DNA from: Eubacteriales bacterium
GTDB taxonomy: Bacteria > Bacillota > Clostridia > Oscillospirales > CAG-272
Length of the DNA: 64,000 nucleotides
Direction of reading: 5' to 3'
Assembly (NCBI GenBank): GCA_045632345.1
Contig: JAZQWM010000018.1
Coordinates: 201,194 to 265,193, forward strand
Below, one piece after another: positions 19,311 to 29,274 of the stretch; positions within the stretch are counted from its first letter, which is position 1, and the number at the start of each line of letters is the position of its first letter. Under the pieces are notes generated by a model. It made no database searches and was not told where the DNA came from. It was given only the letters and a program-made list of their open reading frames with translations. The position numbers were made by a program, and so were the translations under genes.

Positions 19311-22300
19311 TTAATCTTGCTTAGGTGGATTACCAGATAGAATTTTATCCTTGCCAACATCATTAACGTCCATGGTAAGAACCTTTGATATACCCTTTTG
19401 CGGCATAGTTACACCGTAAAGTCTGTCAGCAATTTCCATTGTACCTCTACGGTGAGTAATGATAATAAACTGTGTTTGCTTTGAATAACGCTTGATATAT
19501 TGACCGAATCTTGTAACGTTAACATCATCAAGAGCTGCTTCAATTTCATCAAATACACAGAAAGGTGTAGGATTTACCTTTAAGATTGCAAATAATAACG
19601 CAATAGCTACAAAGGCCTGTTCTCCACCTGATAATAGCATTAAACTTTTAATAACCTTACCAGGAGGGGCCGCTTTAATCTCAATACCACAATTTAATAC
19701 GTCGTTAGGATCAGTTAATGATAGCTCAGCATGTCCTCCGCCAAATAGCTCCTTAAATACTGAATTAAAGTTTTCGTTGATAGAATTAAACGCATCAACA
19801 AAGTTTTTCTTCATTTCAGTTTCAAGCTCACCGATAATCTTTAACAAATCATCTCTTGCGTTATTCAAATCGGTAATTTGTGTATTTAAGTAGTCATATC
19901 TCTCCTTAACTTCTTTATATTCTTCAACAGCGTTTGGATTAACAGCACCTAAATATCTTAGCTTGTTTTTACATTCAACAGCGATTTGAGCGATTTCTTT
20001 TCTGTTTGATTCATCAACAACAGGATAATTAAGCTCAACTGCAGTAGAATAAGTTAAATTGTAGTCATCATGAAGCTTGGTAACCATTTTTTCATAATCA
20101 ATATTTAACTGTTCAAGCTTGCCTTCGCACATAGTATGAGAAATAACAACTGTTTCTTTATTGGCAGTTATTTCTTTGCTTTTTTTGCTTAATTCGTTTT
20201 TCTTTTGGTCAATCGTTTCACGAATTTCAGTTAATTTATTTCTATCATCACTTAGCTTAGCTAATCTATCCTGAGCCTCATCATAAAGCTCTCTGTTTTT
20301 AGCAGTTTTTTCTGCAGAGCTGTCAACTTCTTTGTTAAACTGCTCCATTTTTGATTTTTTCTCAGTAATTTCGCCATCAATTTCGTTAAGTCGGCTGTTT
20401 GCATCTGCAATACCAGCAACCGCCATCTCAACGTCCTTTTTAATTTCGGCAATTTTAATGAGCTTTTGATTAATTTCAAGTTCTATTGATTCAGCAAGCT
20501 CTTCAAATTCGCCTTTTTTAACGTCAAGATCAATTCTCTTAGTTCCTACATCCTCAATTTCTATTTCAAGAGATTCAAACTTTTCCTTTAAAGCTACAAC
20601 CTCATTCTTGTTCTTTTCATCTTCATCAGCTAAACGCTTAGTATCAGATTCAAAGCCCTCAATTAAGTTTTTATTGACGTTAATTTGAGCAATTACAGAG
20701 TCATATTCTGTTTTTTCTGCTCTATGTAAAGTATCATAAAGATCAAATTGCTGTTTATCAGTACCACGCTTAGTAACTAACTCACGAAGTCTTTCGCCAA
20801 GCTTTTGTCCTTCGCGCTTAACGTCCTCAATTCTTGCAATTATCTCCTTTTCTTCCTCTTCCATACGCTTGATGTCAGACGTTCTTGAAAGCATATTATT
20901 ATCGCGCTTAACAGATCCACCTGTAAATGAACCGCCAGCGTTGATAATTTGACCATCAAGTGTTACAACCTTTACTCTGAACTTCTGTTCTTTTGCCATT
21001 TCAGTAGCATTGTCAATATTGTCAAAAACTAATGTTCTTCCAAGTAAAGAAGAGAAAATATAAGTAAACTTATCATCAAAGCTTATTAAAGAGTCGGCTA
21101 CACCAACGTATCCTTTATATTTCTTTGCATTTTGCATTTCAATAGTAGGAGTTAGTGGATTTACTGAGCTAATTGGATAGAATGTAGCACGTCCCGCATT
21201 ACTTTCCTTTAAAGCTCTAATACAAGCTTTGGCAGTAACCTCATTGTCAACAACAATATGCTGAAGTCCAGTCCCAAGAGCTGTTTCAATTGAAGTAATA
21301 TATTCATCAGAAACAGAAATTAAAGTAGAAATAGGACCATACACCTTGCTAGCGCCTTGGATTTCGCCGTTTTTATAACCATTCATAACAAATCCAACGC
21401 TCTTAGAATATCCCTCAAAAAGCTCTTCCATTGCGGTCAACGCGTTAATTCGCTCTCTTAACGCAAGCTGTTTTGATTTTAGGACGTTCATTTCTTCTTT
21501 TAGCTCATCATACTTTTCAGTCTTTTCGTCAAATTCCTTATTTGCCTTATCTAAAACCTCTTGTAACGAGTTAATCGCTTCCTCATATTGAGCCATAGTT
21601 TTAGCGATATTTTCCGACTTTTCAGTTAGCTCATCAAGTACGCCCCTGTACTTCTCAATATCACTGTTGATTTCAGCAATTCTTTCGTCTCCTGTAGATT
21701 GAGAATTTTCAAGAACTGAAAGTCTTAGCTTAGTTTCATTTTTTTGATTTTCAAGATTTTTTTGGTAATTAAATAAATCATCAAGCTCATTTTGAGCATC
21801 ATTTTTTTGCTTTTCTGCTTCTTCAAGTTTAACCTTTAAAGCTTCATGCTCTTCTTTTGCTATCTCAAGCAAATTATTTACTCTGTCATAATTAGCTTCT
21901 TTATCCTTAATTTCTCCCAAGCATACTTCTCTTTTAGCTTGAATCTTTTCAAGCTCTTCAATTTGCTCACCGGTAGAAATCTTAGCATGCTCAACGTTAT
22001 TTTCCATAACCTTAAGCTCACTGTTTAAATCACTTATAGTTTTATGACAACTTGTGATTTCTGCAAATAATCTTCTATCCTCACGCTCATTTTCCTGAGA
22101 CTTTTCATAAAGCTCAGTTTCTTGCATTTCAATTTGGCGTAAAGCCTCTTGAATCATTTCAAGCTCATGAGTAGATAATTTATAGTCATTTTTAAGCTTT
22201 TCAATGTCTTTACGCATCTTTTGTGAATCGTAAATCCATAATGATACGTCAGCCACCTTTTTCTTTTCAAATAATTCAGCAAATTTCTTAGCCTTCTCAG

Positions 22301-22931
22301 CTTCCTTTTCAAGTGGGACAACACGATTTTCAAGCTCTGTAAAAATATCAAGAACTCTATCCATGTTGTCTTGAGTTTGCTTTAGCTTTCTTTCTGCTTC
22401 CTCTTTTTTGTATCTATATTTAGCAATACCAGCCGCTTCTTCAAAAATATTACGTCTATCTTCGCTCTTTTTTGAAATGATTTCAGCAATTCTACCTTGT
22501 CCAATGATTGAGTAGCCTTCACGTCCAACTCCGGTATTCATGAATAACTCATAAATATCACGAAGTCTAACTGGATTTCTGTTTATAAGATACTCACTTT
22601 CTCCAGCTCTATAATATCTTCTAGTAACTGTTATTGTGTCGTATGGACTGTTTAATCTACCTTCTTCCGAAGAATTATCAAAGGTAACAGATACCTCAGC
22701 GTAGCTCATTGGCTTTCTAACCTCAGTACCTATAAAAATTACGTCTTCCATTTTTGAGCCACGGATATTTTTTGAAGAAAGCTCGCCAAGAACCCATCTC
22801 ATAGCGTCAGTGATGTTTGACTTACCACTTCCATTTGGTCCGACGATAACGGTAGCGCCATCATCAAAGTATAATGTTGTTTTGTCAGGGAATGATTTAA
22901 ATCCCTGTAGCTCTAATGATTTTAAACGCAT
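19311..22931 (-). CDS. smc: chromosome segregation protein SMC
   Basis: 1206 aa; Walker A GPNGSGKSN, long coiled coils around a hinge, LSGGE signature, Walker B FCVFDEIEAALD. Confidence 0.95.
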   Translation of the reverse strand: MRLKSLELQGFKSFPDKTTLYFDDGATVIVGPNGSGKSNITDAMRWVLGELSSKNIRGSKMEDVIFIGTEVRKPMSYAEVSVTFDNSSEEGRLNSPYDTITVTRRYYRAGESEYLINRNPVRLRDIYELFMNTGVGREGYSIIGQGRIAEIISKKSEDRRNIFEEAAGIAKYRYKKEEAERKLKQTQDNMDRVLDIFTELENRVVPLEKEAEKAKKFAELFEKKKVADVSLWIYDSQKMRKDIEKLKNDYKLSTHELEMIQEALRQIEMQETELYEKSQENEREDRRLFAEITSCHKTISDLNSELKVMENNVEHAKISTGEQIEELEKIQAKREVCLGEIKDKEANYDRVNNLLEIAKEEHEALKVKLEEAEKQKNDAQNELDDLFNYQKNLENQKNETKLRLSVLENSQSTGDERIAEINSDIEKYRGVLDELTEKSENIAKTMAQYEEAINSLQEVLDKANKEFDEKTEKYDELKEEMNVLKSKQLALRERINALTAMEELFEGYSKSVGFVMNGYKNGEIQGASKVYGPISTLISVSDEYITSIETALGTGLQHIVVDNEVTAKACIRALKESNAGRATFYPISSVNPLTPTIEMQNAKKYKGYVGVADSLISFDDKFTYIFSSLLGRTLVFDNIDNATEMAKEQKFRVKVVTLDGQIINAGGSFTGGSVKRDNNMLSRTSDIKRMEEEEKEIIARIEDVKREGQKLGERLRELVTKRGTDKQQFDLYDTLHRAEKTEYDSVIAQINVNKNLIEGFESDTKRLADEDEKNKNEVVALKEKFESLEIEIEDVGTKRIDLDVKKGEFEELAESIELEINQKLIKIAEIKKDVEMAVAGIADANSRLNEIDGEITEKKSKMEQFNKEVDSSAEKTAKNRELYDEAQDRLAKLSDDRNKLTEIRETIDQKKNELSKKSKEITANKETVVISHTMCEGKLEQLNIDYEKMVTKLHDDYNLTYSTAVELNYPVVDESNRKEIAQIAVECKNKLRYLGAVNPNAVEEYKEVKERYDYLNTQITDLNNARDDLLKIIGELETEMKKNFVDAFNSINENFNSVFKELFGGGHAELSLTDPNDVLNCGIEIKAAPPGKVIKSLMLLSGGEQAFVAIALLFAILKVNPTPFCVFDEIEAALDDVNVTRFGQYIKRYSKQTQFIIITHRRGTMEIADRLYGVTMPQKGISKVLTMDVNDVGKDKILSGNPPKQD

Positions 22932-23950
22932 TGTGCTTCCTCCTTAACTTCTATTTCATATTGAGTTAAATTAGCATTTTCAACAACTTTAATGCCATTT
23001 AACTCAAATTTATTTTTTAATTCAAATATATTTTTTCTTTTATTTCCTACAATTTGAGATACCTTTCCTGGCGGACACTCAATTATAACGCATTTTCCTA
23101 TAAAATTATGTAATTTATCACATAGCAAGTTGAAAAATAATTTGCTCTTTACCATTTCGCCAATAGATGGCTCATTTGGACCAGCTAAAAAAGTTTCAGC
23201 AGAATGAAGATTTTCGCTGTCATTCAGCCCAATTCTAATACAAGAAACGTTGTTATCAATAAAGACCTTCAAAGCTTGTGCGCTTCTTTCAATAGCTTCA
23301 TCACACGCAAGCGGTGTGTACTTGCCATCAAGAGTTAAAATTTCAAGCTCAGTTGATTTAAAAACCAAAGTAGGATAAATTCTTGCTGCAGAAGCTCCTA
23401 ACTCACATATTCTTTTAGCACAATAAATTTCATCATCAGCTGTAGAATTTGGTAAACCTATCATCATTTGTCCGACAAAAGGAATTTTTGCATCATTTAA
23501 TAAACTAATTGCGCGTTCAGTATCGCCTGAAGCATGTCCTCTTTTCAAATAAGCTAGAACATCATCATTCATAGATTGTATTCCAAGCTCAACGCAGGTT
23601 ATAGTATATTTTTTAAGAATATCAATTATTTCTTTGGAAATATAGTCAGGTCTAGTTGACATTCTTATTCCTTTAACCTTGCCAATATCAGTATATTTCT
23701 TTGCAATATCAAGTAAATCAATCATCAATGTTCTGTCTATGCCAGTAAAGGAGCCTCCAAAGAAGGCAATTTCACAAAAATCATCATTGCTGACGGTAGA
23801 AAGAACTTTTAAAATCTCTTCTTCTGCATCGCTTTTGACATTTTCATAGCAAAAATCTTTGTTTCCCGAAATATATTTTTGATTACAAAATATGCACTGA
23901 TTTGGACAGCCTAAATGAGGAATAAAGATAGGGATATTTATGTGTCTCAT
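22922..23950 (-). CDS. radical SAM protein (ELP3/MiaB/NifB-like), function unknown
   Basis: CPNQCIFC (CxxxCxxC) cluster motif near the N-terminus. ATG at 23950 forms an ATGA overlap with the rnc stop; the track start at 23968 is less likely. Confidence 0.75.
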   Translation of the reverse strand: MRHINIPIFIPHLGCPNQCIFCNQKYISGNKDFCYENVKSDAEEEILKVLSTVSNDDFCEIAFFGGSFTGIDRTLMIDLLDIAKKYTDIGKVKGIRMSTRPDYISKEIIDILKKYTITCVELGIQSMNDDVLAYLKRGHASGDTERAISLLNDAKIPFVGQMMIGLPNSTADDEIYCAKRICELGASAARIYPTLVFKSTELEILTLDGKYTPLACDEAIERSAQALKVFIDNNVSCIRIGLNDSENLHSAETFLAGPNEPSIGEMVKSKLFFNLLCDKLHNFIGKCVIIECPPGKVSQIVGNKRKNIFELKNKFELNGIKVVENANLTQYEIEVKEEAQCV

Positions 23951-24663
23951 TTTACTCCAAATAAGCAAAGCGCTTCTTTTGCTGCGAGCTGCTCGGCTTC
24001 TCTTTTTGTTTTTCCTATACCCTTGCCTACAACGTTTGAATTTAATCTAACCTCTATTTCAAATGTCTTTTGGTGGTCAGGACCGTATTCATTGACTAAA
24101 ATATACTGTATTTTATCCTTACCGCTTGCCTGTACAAATTGTTGTAATGATGTTTTATAATCATATGCCATGTTATCAGCAGATGCATCTTCAATTTCAT
24201 CTGCAATAAGTGGCAAAATAAACTTAGCAACAACAGACTTATCATGATAAGAATCAAGATACATAGCGGCAATGATCGCTTCAAAAGCATTTTCTAAAAT
24301 AGTATCCTTGCTTCTGCCGTTTGAAGACTCGCCTTTGCCTAAAAGTAAATAGTCTCCAAGTGATATCTTTCTAGCAAGCTTTGATAATGAACGTGTACAA
24401 ACAACCTGAGCTCTAATTTTTGTAAGCTCTCCTTCGGGTCTTTTAGCGAACTTGTCGTAAAGATATTCGCTAACTATCAAGGATAAAACGCTATCTCCTA
24501 AGAATTCTAAGCGCTCATTACATTGACAAGGCTTTCCGCTCATTCTATTTTCGTTCGAGTACGAAGAATGAGTTAATGCAGTTATCAATAATGTCTTATC
24601 ATTGAAAAAGTAATTTATATTTTTTTCAAAATTTTCAATTGATAGTGGATACATATTCCCCAT
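23947..24663 (-). CDS. rnc: ribonuclease III
   Basis: NERLEFLGDSVL RNase III signature and a C-terminal dsRBD (GKGIGKTKREAEQLAAKEAL). Confidence 0.92.
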   Translation of the reverse strand: MGNMYPLSIENFEKNINYFFNDKTLLITALTHSSYSNENRMSGKPCQCNERLEFLGDSVLSLIVSEYLYDKFAKRPEGELTKIRAQVVCTRSLSKLARKISLGDYLLLGKGESSNGRSKDTILENAFEAIIAAMYLDSYHDKSVVAKFILPLIADEIEDASADNMAYDYKTSLQQFVQASGKDKIQYILVNEYGPDHQKTFEIEVRLNSNVVGKGIGKTKREAEQLAAKEALCLFGVK

Positions 24664-24677
24664 CCTCCCTTGATATT

Positions 24678-25658
24678 TTATAAGGATTCTGCTACCTTTT
24701 GAATTATGTTAGTATCAACATACTCAATAGTTTGCATAATCGCATTAGTAACATCAGTAGCGTTTGAACTACCATGTGCTTTAACAACAGGCTTTGCGAG
24801 ACCTAATAAAGGTGCGCCGCCATATTTTGAAGAATCAAAACTACTCTTTAGAGATTTTAATTCTTTTTTTGTAAGTAAATATGAAATCTTTGTTTTTGTA
24901 TTTTTGATAAATACTTTCTTTAAAGAGCCAAAGAAAAATTTTGCCATGCCTTCAAGAAGCTTTAAAGTAATGTTACCAGTAAATCCATCTGTAATTAAAA
25001 CGTCGCATGGACTATTAGGCAGTTCCTTTGATTCAACGTTGCCAACAAAATTTATCTTATCGTTATTTTTTAAAAGCTGATAAGCTTCTTGAACTTCTGG
25101 TGTGCCCTTGTGCTCTTCTGTGCCGTTATTTAAAAGTCCAACTCTAACATTATCAATATTAAGCATCTTGTTCATATAAACTGAGCCTAAAATTGCCCAT
25201 TGATTTAAAATATCAGCTGTAACAGTAGGATTAGCTCCTGAATCAAGCATTAATATTGGTTTTTCAAACGGTATAATAGTAGCTATTGCGCTACGGCGAA
25301 TTCCTTTAATTCTTCTAACAATTAAAGATGAAGCAGCATGTAAAGCACCAGTGCTTCCAGCACTTACAAAGCCGTCAAATTCGCTATTTTTCAGCAAATT
25401 AAGTCCAATAGCCATAGAAGAATCATTTTTTTCTTTCATAACAATCATAGGGTCATCTTCCATTGTAACGAAAGAATTTGTATGGATTACCGATAAATTA
25501 CTTGGTAATTCCTTACTTTCAAGGCAATCATTTATCGCTTTGATATCGCCTAATAACGTCATTTTAATATCAGGTCTTAAAAGCGCCGCGTTGTATGTGC
25601 CTTTTACAATTTCGTATGGAGCGTTATCTCCACCCATTGCATCAATTGCTATATTCAT
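24678..25658 (-). CDS. plsX: phosphate acyltransferase PlsX
   Basis: MNIAIDAMGGDNAP start, GFVSAGSTGA, DGFTGN motifs. Confidence 0.92.
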   Translation of the reverse strand: MNIAIDAMGGDNAPYEIVKGTYNAALLRPDIKMTLLGDIKAINDCLESKELPSNLSVIHTNSFVTMEDDPMIVMKEKNDSSMAIGLNLLKNSEFDGFVSAGSTGALHAASSLIVRRIKGIRRSAIATIIPFEKPILMLDSGANPTVTADILNQWAILGSVYMNKMLNIDNVRVGLLNNGTEEHKGTPEVQEAYQLLKNNDKINFVGNVESKELPNSPCDVLITDGFTGNITLKLLEGMAKFFFGSLKKVFIKNTKTKISYLLTKKELKSLKSSFDSSKYGGAPLLGLAKPVVKAHGSSNATDVTNAIMQTIEYVDTNIIQKVAESL

Positions 25659-26986
25659 ATTATTTGTTCCTTTAAATTTTCAATTACAAAAAGAGCTCTT
25701 TTTGCAATTTCTTCATTTCTAGCCTTTTTACCACCCTTAACCTTATACGTTAATGGAGCAACAATGCCAAAATTGGCATTCATAGGTTGAAAATTGCCAG
25801 AATAAGCACCGTCATTAACATAATGTGCTAATGCACCAATAACCGATTCATTAGTGAAATCAATTTGCTCTTTTCCTAAAGCATTCATCGCAGCATTTAA
25901 TCCTGCAACAAAACCAGACGAAGTTGACTCAATATATCCCTCAACACCAGTCATTTGACCGGCAAAATAAATGTTAGAATTATTTCTCAAAGAATAGTAC
26001 TGCGTCAAATATTTAGGAGAATTTATATAAGTGTTTCTATGCATAACGCCATATCTTATAAAATTTGCGTTTTCAAGACCAGGAATCATAGAAAATACTC
26101 TCTTTTGTTCACCAAAGGTTAAATGTGTTTGGAAGCCAACAATATTGTACATTGTGCCTTCCTTATTTTCTTTTCTAAGCTGCACTACTGCATGATATTC
26201 CTGTTTAGTAACCGGATGTTCAATTCCAACAGGCTTTAAAGGACCGAATAAAAGAGTTTCAAATCCTCTCTTTGCCATAACCTCAACAGGCATACATCCT
26301 TCGAAAACATTAAGCTTTTGTGAATTCTTATCAAATTCATGAAGCTCAGCCTCTGTTGCATTTATCAACTCGTTATAAAACGCTTTATATTCATCCTCAT
26401 TCATAGGACAATTTATATAATCAGCATCGCCTTTATTGTATCTAGATGCAAAGAACGCCTTCTCCATATCAATAGTATCAAATTCAACTATTGGAGCAGC
26501 TGCATCAAAGAAATGCAGTCCGTCTAATCCAAGTTTGTTCTTAATATAATCTGCCATTTTATCTGAAGTAAGAGGACCTGTTGCAATAACGGTTATTTCG
26601 TTTGGGTCAATACAATCAACCTCTTGATAACAAACCTCAATGTTAGGATGATTTTTAATTTTTTCCGTAACATAGCTTGAAAACTTCTCTCTATCAACTG
26701 CAAGTGCTGAACCTGCAGGAACCTTGCAATTATCTGCAGCCTCCATAATCAAAGAATTCATATTTCTTAGCTCAGCCTTTAAAACGCCGATAGCATTAGA
26801 CAATTCATCTGATCTTAATGAGTTTGAGCAAACAAGCTCCGCAAATTTCTCGCTATGATGTGCTGGAGTATATTTTTTTGGCTTCATTTCATAAAGCTTT
26901 ACCTTTATACCGCGCTCAGCGGCTTGATAAGCAGCTTCACAGCCTGCAAGACCAGCACCAATTACGTTTATAAATTCTCTAGTCAT
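25655..26986 (-). CDS. trmFO: methylenetetrahydrofolate--tRNA-(uracil-5-)-methyltransferase TrmFO
   Basis: VIGAGLAGCEAA FAD motif directly after MTREFIN (26986). The 15-codon track extension lies inside topA. Confidence 0.92.
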   Translation of the reverse strand: MTREFINVIGAGLAGCEAAYQAAERGIKVKLYEMKPKKYTPAHHSEKFAELVCSNSLRSDELSNAIGVLKAELRNMNSLIMEAADNCKVPAGSALAVDREKFSSYVTEKIKNHPNIEVCYQEVDCIDPNEITVIATGPLTSDKMADYIKNKLGLDGLHFFDAAAPIVEFDTIDMEKAFFASRYNKGDADYINCPMNEDEYKAFYNELINATEAELHEFDKNSQKLNVFEGCMPVEVMAKRGFETLLFGPLKPVGIEHPVTKQEYHAVVQLRKENKEGTMYNIVGFQTHLTFGEQKRVFSMIPGLENANFIRYGVMHRNTYINSPKYLTQYYSLRNNSNIYFAGQMTGVEGYIESTSSGFVAGLNAAMNALGKEQIDFTNESVIGALAHYVNDGAYSGNFQPMNANFGIVAPLTYKVKGGKKARNEEIAKRALFVIENLKEQII

Positions 26987-29243
26987 TTTCCTCTGTTTTA
27001 TATCCACATTTTTCGTTGCTACAGTAAACAATGTTTTTTGTTTTCTTTTTTAGAAGCATACTTGAGCAGTCAGGACATTTTTTATCGGCAGGTATATCCC
27101 ACGTTGAAAATTTACATTTTGGATAATTTTCACAGCTATAAAATTGTTTTTTACTTCTTGTAAACTTCGAAATTACTGTTGCTCCACAATCTGGACATTT
27201 AATTCCTGTAATTCCATTTTTAGTTTTGGTATTTTTACACTTTGGATAGTTAGCACAAGCATAAAAATCTCCAAATTTTCCCTGTCTTAACACCATATCA
27301 GCACCACAAAGCTCACACTTAAAATCAGCAATCTCAACAGTTTGATTCTTTTCCTTTTGTGTATCTACATTGAGAGGCTTAGTGCATTTACATTTTGGAT
27401 AATTTGGACATGCTGCAAATTTACCGAATCTGCCTTCTTTTACAATCATTCGACTTCCGCAAAGATCACAAATTATATCCGTTTCTTCAACAGGTAGCTC
27501 AATATCGCCTTTATTTAATGCTTTAGAAGCCTTTTCTAGTTGTTTTTTAAAATCAACGTAAAAATCTCCTAAAACCTTCTCCATTTTAACATGTCCGCTT
27601 TCGATGGTATCTAAGTTATTTTCCATAACTGCAGTAAACTTGTAATTTACTATGTCTGGAAAATGCTCATTCATGATTTTAGTAGTAATCTCTCCCAATT
27701 GAGTTGGTTTTAAATACTTACCTTCGCGCGTTACGTAACCTCTTGAAAGAATTACAGTAAGAATAGGAGAATATGTGCTTGGGCGCCCAATTCCCTTTTC
27801 TTCCAAGAATTTGATTAAACTGGCTTCATCATATCTTAGAGGTGGCTCCGTAAAGTGTTGAGTAGGTAATACTTCGCTTTTATATAAAATTTCATCTGCT
27901 GTTATATCAGGAATTTTTGAATTTTTCTCAGGATTGAATACGTCGTCCATATTTTTTTGAGATTCTTCAACGGATTCTTGATAAATAGCCATATAACCAG
28001 GAAACTTTACGTTATATCCACTAGTACGGAAAATATAGCCGTTGTTTTCAATATCAACAACTACTGTATTAAGCTCAGCGTTTGCCATTTGGCTAGCAAC
28101 AAATCTTTCCCAAATAAGCTTATAAAGCTTAAATTGATCATTAGACAAATGCTTTTTGATTTGTGACGGCTCAATAGTTACCTTTGATGGTCTAATTGCT
28201 TCATGAGCATCCTGTGCATTAGTCTTAGATCTATAAATTCTTGCTTTATCTGGATAATACTTATCTCCAAACTTGCTAACAATAAACTCTTTAGTGCTGT
28301 TTTGTGCTTCCTCTGATACTCTTAGAGAGTCAGTACGCATGTAGGTAATTAAACCTAATACGCCGCCGTTTTCGCTTCCAACGTTAATACCTTCATAAAG
28401 CTCTTGAGCAAGCTTCATTGTTTTTTGTGATTGAAAATTAAGCTTTCTTGACGCTTCTTGCTGCAGCGTTGAAGTAATAAAAGGAGGCGCTGGAGTTCTT
28501 TGCTTTTTTCCTTTTTTAATGCTATCAACATAAAACTGTGAATTTTCAATATCTAATAAAATTTTATCAGCTTGTTCTTTATTTTCAATTTTAATTTTCT
28601 TGATTTTATCGCCATAAAATCTTGCGGTAATAGTTTTATCACTAGAAGTTTGAAGCGTTGCATCAATAGTCCAATACTCATTTGGAACAAAGCTTTCAAT
28701 TTCATTCTCGCGCTCAACAATAATTTTTGTAGCCACGGATTGAACTCTACCTGCTGATAAGCCACTCTTAACAGTTTTCCATAAAAATGGACTAATTTGA
28801 TATCCAACTATTCTGTCAAGAATTCTTCTTGCCTGCTGTGAGTTCACCAAATCCATATCAATTGATCTTGGATGCTTAATAGCTTCCTTTACAGCATTTT
28901 TTGTAATTTCATTAAAAGTTACTCTTTTTGCTTTTTTCGCATCATCGCCTAAAATTGTAGCAAGATGCCAAGATATTGCTTCGCCCTCACGGTCAGGGTC
29001 AGTTGCAAAATATATTTTATCTGCGTTCTTTGCTTCCTTACGAAGCTCTTTGATTAAATCGCCTTTACCTCTAATGTTGATGTAATGAGGCTCAAATCCG
29101 TTATCTATATCAATACCAAGTGTTGATTTTGGTAAATCTCTTACATGTCCAACAGATGCAATTACTTTATACTTTGAGCCAAGATAGCTTTTTACAGCAC
29201 CTATCTTACCAGGGGACTCAAGTATTACAAGGTTAGTTGACAT
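26979..29243 (-). CDS. topA: DNA topoisomerase I
   Basis: Toprim LVILESPGK and DPDREGE, active-site YMRTDS, and four C-terminal Cys4 zinc ribbons (C..C...FGKF..C.NYPKC). Confidence 0.95.
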   Translation of the reverse strand: MSTNLVILESPGKIGAVKSYLGSKYKVIASVGHVRDLPKSTLGIDIDNGFEPHYINIRGKGDLIKELRKEAKNADKIYFATDPDREGEAISWHLATILGDDAKKAKRVTFNEITKNAVKEAIKHPRSIDMDLVNSQQARRILDRIVGYQISPFLWKTVKSGLSAGRVQSVATKIIVERENEIESFVPNEYWTIDATLQTSSDKTITARFYGDKIKKIKIENKEQADKILLDIENSQFYVDSIKKGKKQRTPAPPFITSTLQQEASRKLNFQSQKTMKLAQELYEGINVGSENGGVLGLITYMRTDSLRVSEEAQNSTKEFIVSKFGDKYYPDKARIYRSKTNAQDAHEAIRPSKVTIEPSQIKKHLSNDQFKLYKLIWERFVASQMANAELNTVVVDIENNGYIFRTSGYNVKFPGYMAIYQESVEESQKNMDDVFNPEKNSKIPDITADEILYKSEVLPTQHFTEPPLRYDEASLIKFLEEKGIGRPSTYSPILTVILSRGYVTREGKYLKPTQLGEITTKIMNEHFPDIVNYKFTAVMENNLDTIESGHVKMEKVLGDFYVDFKKQLEKASKALNKGDIELPVEETDIICDLCGSRMIVKEGRFGKFAACPNYPKCKCTKPLNVDTQKEKNQTVEIADFKCELCGADMVLRQGKFGDFYACANYPKCKNTKTKNGITGIKCPDCGATVISKFTRSKKQFYSCENYPKCKFSTWDIPADKKCPDCSSMLLKKKTKNIVYCSNEKCGYKTEEND

Positions 29244-29274
29244 ATTTTTTCCTTTCGCTGTGGTAAAAATAAAT

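Noticed and set aside
19311-22931. Several 60-72 aa nested or antisense ORFs inside smc (similar ones occur in recN, glgP, leuS, topA, gltX and others)
   Set aside because: All lie wholly within long, well-supported genes. They have K/L/S-rich low-complexity products typical of alternate frames of AT-rich coiled-coil coding DNA, and they lack RBS context.
26987-27031. 15-codon N-terminal extension of trmFO
   Set aside because: It lies inside the topA coding region. The FAD-binding GAGLAG motif follows directly after the internal MTREFIN start.
27000-27460. Four-fold repeated Cys-rich DNA segments that look like tandem repeats
   Set aside because: They encode the four C-terminal zinc-ribbon domains of topoisomerase I (C..C...GKFG.F..C.NYPKC). 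This is protein-domain repetition, not a CRISPR array or satellite.
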